In this document: piece after piece, positions 15,753 to 23,391 of the stretch
Position numbering within the stretch: the stretch's first letter is position 1
Layout: the number at the start of each line of letters is the position of its first letter
DNA from: Candidatus Brocadia sp.
GTDB lineage: Bacteria; Planctomycetota; Brocadiia; Brocadiales; Brocadiaceae
Reading direction: 5' to 3'
NCBI GenBank assembly: GCA_021650915.1
Contig: CP091279.1
Coordinates: forward strand, 2,970,001 to 3,002,000
Length of the DNA stretch: 32,000 bases
Program-made: the position numbers and the translations under genes
The notes under the pieces: generated by a model
Seen by the model: the letters and a program-made list of their open reading frames with translations, nothing else
What the model was told of the DNA's origin: nothing
The model's database searches: none

Positions 15753-18709
15753 ATCCAACTGACATGTCTGAAAAAGGTTTAGAAACCCTCATAGTCAATT
15801 CTCTAATAAACGATGCAGGCTATGTGCCGGGCGATCCCAAAGACTACGACCGCGAACATGCCGTTGACCTTGCCAAACTGATGGAGTTTGCAAAGGTAAC
15901 CCAGCCCAAGGCCTTTGAGGCGCTTTCGCTGGGTGAGGACACACCCAAACGCACCAAGTTTCTGCACCGCTTGCAGGGTGAGATTGCCAGACGGGGAGTG
16001 ATTGATGTGTTAAGGCTTGGCGTTAACGACGGACATATAAAGCTGGAACTGTTTTACGGAACGCCTTCTGAGCAAAACCCAAAGGCGCAGGAGCTGTACA
16101 AACAGAACATTTTCAGCGTTACGCGCCAGTTGCAATACAGTATGGATAATACGAAGCTTGCCCTGGATATGGCGATTTTTATTAACGGCCTGCCGGTAAT
16201 CACTTTTGAGTTGAAAAACAAAATCACCAAGCAGACCGTGGAAGATGCGGTTCAGCAGTACAAGTGCGATCGGGATTCCCGCGAGCTTTTGTTTCAATTC
16301 GGGCGCTGTGCGGTGCACTTTGCCGTTGACGACCATGAAGTGCGGATGTGCACCCATCTGAAAGACAAGGCGTCATGGTTCCTGCCGTTCAACAAAGGCT
16401 ATAACGACGGCGCCGGAAATCCTCCAAACCCCAACGGCATTGCCACTGATTATCTCTGGAAAGAGACGCTGCAGAAAGACAGCCTTACGAATATCCTGGA
16501 AAACTACGCCCAAATCGTAGAAAAGAAAGACGAGAAAACCGGCAGGAAAAAACATGAACAGATATTCCCACGTTACCACCAGCTTGATGTGGTGCGAAAA
16601 CTCCTTGCTTCGGCACCAGTTGATGGAGTCGGGAAGCGGTACCTTATTCAGCATTCTGCCGGAAGCGGCAAGAGTAATTCCATAAGCTGGCTTGCGCATC
16701 AGTTTGTAGGACTGGAAAAAGACGGCAAAGCCCTTTTTGACACGATTATCGTCGTTACCGACCGCCGGGTGCTGGACAAGCAGCTTCGCGATAACATCAA
16801 ACGCTTTGCGCAGGTCTCATCCATTGTTGGAGCGGTTACCGAAGGGTCTCAACAGCTTCGCTCGTTTTTGGAGCAGGGCAAGAAGGTGATCATTACCACA
16901 GTGCAGAAATTCCCCTTTGTGCTGGATCAGATCGGCGACCATCATCGCAACAGTAAATTTGCCATTATTATCGACGAAGCACACTCCAGCCAGGGCGGGC
17001 GCACCGCATCAAAAATGAATATGGTGCTGGCGGAATCTACTGCTCAATACGGCGAACCTGAACCGGAAGAGGATATTGAAGATGCTATCAACAAGATTAT
17101 GACCTCCCGCAAGATGCTGTCCAACGCGAGCTATTTTGCCTTCACCGCTACGCCCAAAAACAAGACTCTGGAAATATTCGGCGAACCCTATTCTGAAGGT
17201 GATACGGTCAAACACCGTCCGTTCCATGCCTACACCATGAAACAGGCAATTCAGGAAGGCTTTATTCTTGATGTTTTACAGAACTATACACCGGTTGACA
17301 GTTATTACCGTTTGATAAAATCAGTTGAAAATGATCCTGAGTTTGATACCAGGCGCGCCAGGAAGAAACTCCGCCGCTATGTAGAATCTCACAATTACGC
17401 TATTCGCCAGAAGGCGGAAATCATGATTGACCATTTCCATGATGAGGTGATCGCCCGTCATAAAATCGGCGGTAATGCCCGCGCCATGGTGGTATGCAGT
17501 GGCATTGAACGGGCAATTCAGTATTACCATGCTTTTTGCGCTTATCTGACAGAACGGAAATCGCCGTATAAGGCAATCGTGGCCTTTTCCGGTGAATACG
17601 ATTACGGCGGCAAGCATCTCACCGAATCGAATTTAAACGGTTTCCCAGGCAATACGATTCCGGACACCTTTCAGCATGACCCCTATCGGTTTCTTATTGT
17701 TGCTGATAAATTTCAGACAGGTTACGACGAGCCGCTCTTGCATACCATGTACGTGGATAAACAACTGTCGGGAATTAAGGCTGTACAGACCTTGTCGCGC
17801 CTGAACCGGGCGCATCCCCTCAAAACGGATACCTTCATATTGGATTTCATGAATGATGCTGAAGTCATTCAATATGCCTTTTCCGATTACTACAGGACGA
17901 CCATACTGAGCAATGAAACAAATCCCAACAAACTCCATGATTTAAAGTCTGCACTTGATGGTTATCAGGTGTACACGCAGTTACAAATTAACGACGTTGT
18001 ATCGCTCTTTCTGAAGGGTGAAGCGAGAGAAAAAATTGATCCGGTTCTCGATGCGTGTGTGGCTAATTACCATGCTGAACTTGATGAAGATGGGCAAGTG
18101 GATTTTAAGGGCAAGGCAAAGGCGTTTGTAAGAATGTATAACTTCCTCGCATCCATTCTCCCCTATGCCAATGCTCAATGGGAAAGGCTTTCGATATTCC
18201 TCAACTTTTTGATCCCAAAACTGCCTGCTCCAAAAGAAGATGATTTGTCCAAAGGGATCCTTGAAACGATAGATATGGACAGTTATCGCGTAGAGATACA
18301 AGCTGTCCATAAAATCCAGTTGGTCGATGACAATGCAGAGATTGATCCCATTTTGATTGGGAGCGGCGGTAAAAAAGCAGAACCGGAACTGGACCATTTG
18401 AGCAACATTATCAAGGCATTTAACGAACAATTTGGAAACATAGACTGGAAAGACGCCGATAAAATCAGAAAAATTATAGCCGAAGAACTTCCGGGAAAGG
18501 TTTCTGCAGATAAGGCCTATCAAAACGCCATGAATCAAAATGATAAGCAAAATGCAAGAATCGAACACGACAAGGCCCTTGAGCGGGTCATTGTAGAGAT
18601 GCTCACCGACCACACGGAGCTGTTCAAACAATTTATGGATAATCAGAGTTTCAAGAAATGGCTGGCAGATACAATATTCAATGAAACCTATAAAAAGAAG
18701 TTGGCCTGA
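15749..18709 (+). CDS. hsdR: Type I restriction endonuclease subunit R (helicase/nuclease)
   Basis: The N-terminal PD-(D/E)xK motif is LDMAIFINGLPVITFELKN. SF2 helicase motifs are QHSAGSGKSNS (I), IIIDEAHSSQ (II, DEAH), FAFTATP (III) and QTLSRLNR (VI). Its length is 986 aa. Confidence 0.93.
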   Translation: MNPTDMSEKGLETLIVNSLINDAGYVPGDPKDYDREHAVDLAKLMEFAKVTQPKAFEALSLGEDTPKRTKFLHRLQGEIARRGVIDVLRLGVNDGHIKLELFYGTPSEQNPKAQELYKQNIFSVTRQLQYSMDNTKLALDMAIFINGLPVITFELKNKITKQTVEDAVQQYKCDRDSRELLFQFGRCAVHFAVDDHEVRMCTHLKDKASWFLPFNKGYNDGAGNPPNPNGIATDYLWKETLQKDSLTNILENYAQIVEKKDEKTGRKKHEQIFPRYHQLDVVRKLLASAPVDGVGKRYLIQHSAGSGKSNSISWLAHQFVGLEKDGKALFDTIIVVTDRRVLDKQLRDNIKRFAQVSSIVGAVTEGSQQLRSFLEQGKKVIITTVQKFPFVLDQIGDHHRNSKFAIIIDEAHSSQGGRTASKMNMVLAESTAQYGEPEPEEDIEDAINKIMTSRKMLSNASYFAFTATPKNKTLEIFGEPYSEGDTVKHRPFHAYTMKQAIQEGFILDVLQNYTPVDSYYRLIKSVENDPEFDTRRARKKLRRYVESHNYAIRQKAEIMIDHFHDEVIARHKIGGNARAMVVCSGIERAIQYYHAFCAYLTERKSPYKAIVAFSGEYDYGGKHLTESNLNGFPGNTIPDTFQHDPYRFLIVADKFQTGYDEPLLHTMYVDKQLSGIKAVQTLSRLNRAHPLKTDTFILDFMNDAEVIQYAFSDYYRTTILSNETNPNKLHDLKSALDGYQVYTQLQINDVVSLFLKGEAREKIDPVLDACVANYHAELDEDGQVDFKGKAKAFVRMYNFLASILPYANAQWERLSIFLNFLIPKLPAPKEDDLSKGILETIDMDSYRVEIQAVHKIQLVDDNAEIDPILIGSGGKKAEPELDHLSNIIKAFNEQFGNIDWKDADKIRKIIAEELPGKVSADKAYQNAMNQNDKQNARIEHDKALERVIVEMLTDHTELFKQFMDNQSFKKWLADTIFNETYKKKLA

Positions 18710-18889
18710 TAGGAAAACGGGTTTGACAAGGAGCTCCACCGGAAGAGGATTCCGCTATCGGCTCACCCTTGCCAGCGAACTTGGGCGGTGAACTATTGAT
18801 TGATACCTGTTCCCTTTAGAAATCTCCGCTCGTGCATCGTATAAGCTTACTAATTCATGCTCATAAAAAAGACGGCCACCCATTATTCA

Positions 18890-19109
18890 TAGCGCGGCAA
18901 AGCCGCAACCAAATTTCCTTTATGAAAGCGGGGAGATTGCTTCGGAAAAGGCCCCTCGCAATGACAGCGACCATGCACTTTGATGGCACACTGCACGTTG
19001 TCATTGCGAGTGAAGCGAAGCAATCTTTCACTCATAAGAAACGGCACCTCCTGAAAGAGGTTTGTGAAAAAACTTACAAAAAAAAGAAGTTTTTATACAG
19101 TAATACTAT
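18890..19109 (+). repeat. Modular hairpin repeat, copy B (220 bp), downstream of hsdR
   Basis: It is a near-identical direct repeat of 11187-11405, with the same nested hairpin (AGATTGCTTCG / CTCGCAATGAC ... GTCATTGCGAG / CGAAGCAATCT). Confidence 0.9.
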
Positions 19110-19334
19110 AGCGCAGCAAGGCCGCAACCAATTCACCGTTGTGAAAGCGGGAGATTGCTTCGGACAAGACCCTCGCAATGACACTGGCTATGCCTTTGAT
19201 GACATACGGTACGTTGTCATTGCGAGCAAAGCGAAGCAATCCTTCCCTCGCAAACAAACGGTACCTTCTGATAAGGGATAAACAGGGTTGCGAAAAAACT
19301 TACAAAAAAAGAAGTTTTTACACAGTAATATTAT
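19109..19334 (+). repeat. Modular hairpin repeat, copy C (diverged, in tandem with copy B), ending 17 nt before the radical SAM start
   Basis: It has the same module order as copies A and B. All four stem arms are conserved exactly, while the loops and flanks diverge (apical loop ACTGGCTATGCCTTTGATGACATACGGTACGTT versus AGCGACCATGCACTTTGATGGCACACTGCACGTT). Confidence 0.85.
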
Positions 19335-19350
19335 AAAGAATCTTCGGGAT

Positions 19351-22230
19351 ATGCAAACGAACATGCTGCCTATTAAACCTTATGACTGCCTGCGATCCTC
19401 GCAGGAGATCAGGTTGTGGTATGAAAAGAATTATCATCTCCTTTCCCGGGCGGGATTATGGTTAAAGGGAGAGGAACCCAATACCATGGACCCCGCCTTG
19501 TTTTATCAGGCCGAACTGCGATTCCTGATTTGCAGGCTGTCAACCTATCGTGATGTATCGGTTTCAATTTCCCACCCCCTCGTAGCCCAGATTGCTCAGG
19601 AGGTTGCAGGCGTCTTTACCGATTTTGCCTTCCTGCCCCCTCCCAAAGATCTCGGTGTAATGACGGACGCCCACATACCCCTTTGGGTTGGCACAACCAC
19701 AAAGGAACCCCCAGGCGCCTTTGACGTGCTCGGGATCAGCAATTCTTTTGTCCTGGAATTGCTGAACTTGCCAAAACTGCTTCATTTTTCAGGTATTCCC
19801 CTCTTTAAAAATGAACGCATGATGCGCTCAGACATTCCCTTGATTGTGCTTGGTGGTGCAAGCGCAGCGGTTACCTCGGTATTGCATGGTCCGACACAGG
19901 AACAGGATTTTGGAAATACTTGTGGCCTCGTCGATGCTGTGTTTCTTGGGGAAGGGGAATATTCCTTAAAACAATTTCTGGAGATAGTGAAAAGAGGAAA
20001 ATCTGCCGGCCTGAGTAAAAGTGAAATTTTACAGGCGTGTCATGGAAAGGTCGATGGGTTCTATGAGCCGGATAAATATGAGCATCGGTATCAAATCGTT
20101 GTCCAAAATCCTGCAGGGACGCCGATGGAAGCAGAAATAACGCAGGGCAATTTGCTGGAAATTTCGCCAAAAGAGCCGTACGTGTCATATCCGGTAAGGA
20201 GTGCTGTAGTGTACGACCTTGATCAGGTGAAAACCCTGGAAACCGGCCCGATATGGTACGAAACCGAAGGACTCGGTGCGGGAAGTCTGCAAATCAGTAG
20301 CGGATGTCCGTGCTTCTGCTCTTTCTGTGCCGAAAGCTGGGAGAGAAAACCATACCGGGAACGATCCTTATTAAAACTTTTAGAGGCGTTGAAGGCGGCA
20401 AAGGCGCAGCAAGGGCTTGATACGGTCGCGCTCTTCAGTTTTAATTTTAATACCCACTCGGAGCTGTACCCTATGATTTTGTCTTTTTATCGCGAAATGG
20501 ACAGTGTCAGCCTGAAAAGTCAGCGATTTGACCTGCTGTCTGCCGACCGCTTCCTTGCTGAAGTGCAGCAGGTCATTGGAAAGACGACGGTGAGCTGCGG
20601 GATGGAGGGTATTAGCGAGCGATTGAGACGTTTCCTGCACAAGAATCTTACCGAAGAGCAGATCTATAAGGCCTGCGAATACCTCCTGGAGAGGGGCATC
20701 CGGGAACTGAAGATATTTTTGATCTGCACGGGGCTGGAGCAAGCGGAAGATTTTGAGGAATTCGGAAGATTTGTAAAGCGACTGGATGATCTGAAAGGCA
20801 TGTCGGGCAGTAACGTGCGCATAATCTTCAGCCTCACACCGCTCTATTATCCGCCGCATACCCCGCTGCAATTTCACGAGTGCTTAACAGCAATTGCAGA
20901 CATAAAGAAGATCAGCCGGGCAATTGAGCGTATCTGCAAATTACAGAATATGGAATTCCGGGAAAGCGCCACGCATGAGGAAATATGGATGACCCAGTTG
21001 CTGGCGATGGGAGACAGACGATTAACCGCCGCCCTTATCCGCTCGTCGATTACCGATGGGTTTGTGTATTACAATGCTATACCAAAGCAGATACTCAGGA
21101 ATTGGCGCGCCTATCTGATGGAATTAGGGCTATCCGAAGAAAATTACTTTTGTGCAAAAGGAAAAGACCACGTCTTTCCCTGGAACGATATCGATTTGGG
21201 TATCTCAAAGAAATTTTTATGGGAAGAGCATGAACGTTCAATCCATTTTCAGGAGCGGGAATATTGCCTGGGACGCCCGCACGTTGAGGCGCGCTGTCTG
21301 GGATGCGGGGCGTGTCCAACTCCGGCGCAGATAAAAAAACTTACCCATCACACGATCTCTCAGCCATTTCTTATGGAAGAGATTCTCCGGATAACAGCAA
21401 GCAAACGCAACAAACGTATCCTGCGGGCCGTGGTGGAGATTGAATCCACCTTGCGCTTGGCCCCAAAACGATTTGTTGGAGTGGCCATTGCGCGTGCCCT
21501 TATGCTCGCCATACCGGAAGTTGTGCCGTATTATCAGGCGGTGTCTTCATCCATGCAGTACCTTGAAGAAGAATCGGCCATTGCTGATTTTACTCATGGT
21601 ATGAATGTTTATCACCTGTCATTTCTCTCGCATGATACAACAAAAAAACTGCTGGACAATGAATCCCTTTCCCTGCGGCTCAATCACATCCAGGAACATT
21701 GCCGGGGATTCCGGATCAGGGAATGTATGGTGGATCCAGGTGATATGCCGGAGGTGCACGGTATCCTCTATAAGATATGTCTCCCTGCGGAATTTACGGC
21801 CCCTTTTCTGCAACAAAAACTCGGTGCATATCTGCACGCAAATTACGTCCGGCATACCTTGTTAAAAAGGGAAGGGCAGACAATTTTTCAGGTAGATCCG
21901 AAACACAGGAAAAATGCCGTCGTTCTTTATGCACGAATTGATAAAACCCACCGGACGAAAGAGGCAGATACAGAATTTTCCCTTTACATGCTGGCATCAA
22001 GGCGTTTTCGTATGCAGGAATTTCTGGAGGCCTGTTACGGTTTTGAGAGAAGGAAGGAAATCGTCCGGACGCAGATAGAAGCCCTGGGATATTACGGAAA
22101 AAATCCTGTCTTGCAGCAGGGTGCACAATGTACATCGTGTCATACCCCTATCTCTGAAGCCTTTCTCTTTAGCCAATCTTCCGGGGAAAATCGATGCCTG
22201 TTCTGCAGCACACAGCCAAATCCTCATTAA
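19351..22230 (+). CDS. Large radical SAM protein: a B12-binding-like/radical SAM core (TIGR03960-like) fused to a DUF2344 (TIGR03936-like) C-terminal region, with a terminal Cys4 motif
   Basis: The radical SAM cluster motif is SGCPCFCSFCAE (CxxxCxxC). The N-terminal pattern FDVLGISNSFVLELLNLPKLLHFSGIPLFKNER...PLIVLGGA...DAVFLGEGE fits my memory of TIGR03960. The C-terminal 300 aa or so are consistent with the linked DUF2344 domain, which is often a separate gene. The protein ends with CTSC-x21-CLFC. The TTG at 19288 lies inside repeat C, so ATG 19351 is preferred. Confidence 0.75.
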   Translation: MQTNMLPIKPYDCLRSSQEIRLWYEKNYHLLSRAGLWLKGEEPNTMDPALFYQAELRFLICRLSTYRDVSVSISHPLVAQIAQEVAGVFTDFAFLPPPKDLGVMTDAHIPLWVGTTTKEPPGAFDVLGISNSFVLELLNLPKLLHFSGIPLFKNERMMRSDIPLIVLGGASAAVTSVLHGPTQEQDFGNTCGLVDAVFLGEGEYSLKQFLEIVKRGKSAGLSKSEILQACHGKVDGFYEPDKYEHRYQIVVQNPAGTPMEAEITQGNLLEISPKEPYVSYPVRSAVVYDLDQVKTLETGPIWYETEGLGAGSLQISSGCPCFCSFCAESWERKPYRERSLLKLLEALKAAKAQQGLDTVALFSFNFNTHSELYPMILSFYREMDSVSLKSQRFDLLSADRFLAEVQQVIGKTTVSCGMEGISERLRRFLHKNLTEEQIYKACEYLLERGIRELKIFLICTGLEQAEDFEEFGRFVKRLDDLKGMSGSNVRIIFSLTPLYYPPHTPLQFHECLTAIADIKKISRAIERICKLQNMEFRESATHEEIWMTQLLAMGDRRLTAALIRSSITDGFVYYNAIPKQILRNWRAYLMELGLSEENYFCAKGKDHVFPWNDIDLGISKKFLWEEHERSIHFQEREYCLGRPHVEARCLGCGACPTPAQIKKLTHHTISQPFLMEEILRITASKRNKRILRAVVEIESTLRLAPKRFVGVAIARALMLAIPEVVPYYQAVSSSMQYLEEESAIADFTHGMNVYHLSFLSHDTTKKLLDNESLSLRLNHIQEHCRGFRIRECMVDPGDMPEVHGILYKICLPAEFTAPFLQQKLGAYLHANYVRHTLLKREGQTIFQVDPKHRKNAVVLYARIDKTHRTKEADTEFSLYMLASRRFRMQEFLEACYGFERRKEIVRTQIEALGYYGKNPVLQQGAQCTSCHTPISEAFLFSQSSGENRCLFCSTQPNPH

Positions 22231-22249
22231 AAATGGGGACAGAAGCGGC

Positions 22250-22290
22250 ACAAGAGGCAAAAATTTTCAGAGAATTATGCCTCTTGTTTC
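22250..22290 (+). terminator. Candidate intrinsic terminator after the radical SAM gene
   Basis: A perfect 10-bp stem joins ACAAGAGGCA (22250-22259) and TGCCTCTTGT (22278-22287) around an 18-nt loop. It is followed by TTCGT, which is only a weak U-tract. Confidence 0.4.
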
Positions 22291-22536
22291 GTATATAACC
22301 GGAATAACGGAATAACACCATACCATGAAATGATAAAATCAAAAAGAAAAGTCCGATATACATGGTGTATTGCGTCATGCCCGTTCACTGACCATCTGTC
22401 ATTGAAAAAGGGAAAAAAATCTATCGCAATTTTTCAAAATTCTATTGAATTTCATCCAGAAATTTGTTTCACTAAGCAACCTGAATTAACTTATTCCGAT
22501 TTATGGTTTTTACCTATTTAAGGGAGCCAATCAATT

Positions 22537-23082
22537 ATGATGATACCGAGGTTGGTATTCTTTACCAAAGGCGTTGGAAAACACAAAGACAAGTTACAAT
22601 CATTTGAGCTTTCCCTGCGAAAGGCAGGGATTGAAAAATGCAATCTGGTAAGGGTATCAAGCATCTTCCCTCCTAACTGCAAAATTGTGACCAAAGAACA
22701 GGGCACTGCCATGTTAAAGGGAGGACAGGTGATTTTTTGCGTGATGAGCGAAAACTCTACCAATGAGCCAAACCGAATGATCTCCGCCTCTGTGGGAATG
22801 GCCGCTCCCGCCGAGCACGAACACTATGGCTATCTGAGTGAACACCACGCTTTTGGTGAAACCGAGGAAAAATCAGGCGACTATGCAGAAGACCTTGCCG
22901 CAACCATGCTGGCTACCACTCTGGGTATTGAATTCGACTCTGCAAAAAATTATGATGAGCGGAAAGAAATTTACCGGATGAGCGGTAAGATCGTAAAGAC
23001 CAGAAACATCACACAAGCCGCCCGCGGAGATAAGAACGGGTTGTGGACGACGGTAGTTGCCGCTGCCGTATTCATTTTATAG
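22537..23082 (+). CDS. pdaD: Pyruvoyl-dependent arginine decarboxylase
   Basis: [44 protein letters not shown] contains the family's self-cleavage Ser-Ser site (V-S-S-I-x-P-P). The size of 181 aa is typical. Confidence 0.85.
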   Translation: MMIPRLVFFTKGVGKHKDKLQSFELSLRKAGIEKCNLVRVSSIFPPNCKIVTKEQGTAMLKGGQVIFCVMSENSTNEPNRMISASVGMAAPAEHEHYGYLSEHHAFGETEEKSGDYAEDLAATMLATTLGIEFDSAKNYDERKEIYRMSGKIVKTRNITQAARGDKNGLWTTVVAAAVFIL

Positions 23083-23391
23083 CCTGTCAGCCCTTGAGAG
23101 ATTTATTGGGATGCGGTATCTCTGCATGTACGGCGCCATGCATAAACATTAGTCCTGTAGCGGTGTTGTTTCCTGAGGCGCTGGAAGCAAGATGCGGCGG
23201 GTTCTGAATAACCGGGAGAAAGCCAGGATTAAGGGTGGAGAAATAGCATCTCTGCTTTAGTAAATGCCCTGCCGGGCTGTATGATGATGATCGCAGCAGG
23301 TATAAAACCATGATAAAATCGCCAGACATTCATTCGGATATCCTGCCTTCGTTATCCTGTCTTCAGCACACCAAAAAAGGAATTCTGTAAC

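Noticed and set aside
17981-18739. 252-aa antisense ORF opposite hsdR. Similar long antisense ORFs occur at 1297..1842, 14874..15410, 16010..16357, 23515..24246, 25965..26525, 26898..27299 and 31319..31741
   Set aside because: Each is a shadow ORF on the opposite strand of a confidently identified gene (hsdR, the HEAT protein, hsdS, argJ, sucD, sucC, mreB). They have low-complexity or odd composition and no motifs.
18832-19281. 149-aa ORF reading through repeat copies B and C (...LAMTATMHFDGTLHVVIASEAKQSF...)
   Set aside because: It lies entirely within the hairpin repeat units. The stem nucleotides are perfectly conserved while the rest drifts, there is no SD, and the same sequence upstream of hsdM (copy A) is not in an equivalent ORF. 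This is best explained as a repeat-derived spurious ORF.
18890-19334. Tandem repeats B and C considered as a possible CRISPR array
   Set aside because: The units are about 220 bp, directly abutting with no unique spacers. There are only two tandem copies and no cas genes. This is not CRISPR architecture.
19288-19350. TTG start extending the radical SAM ORF by 21 codons
   Set aside because: The extension lies inside repeat copy C (the same sequence occurs non-coding in copies A and B) and encodes a Lys-rich low-complexity peptide. ATG 19351 is preferred.
23087-23329. 80-aa minus-strand ORF between pdaD and argJ
   Set aside because: It has no ribosome-binding site, no recognisable domain and an unusual composition. 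It is kept only as part of the low-interest spacer observation.
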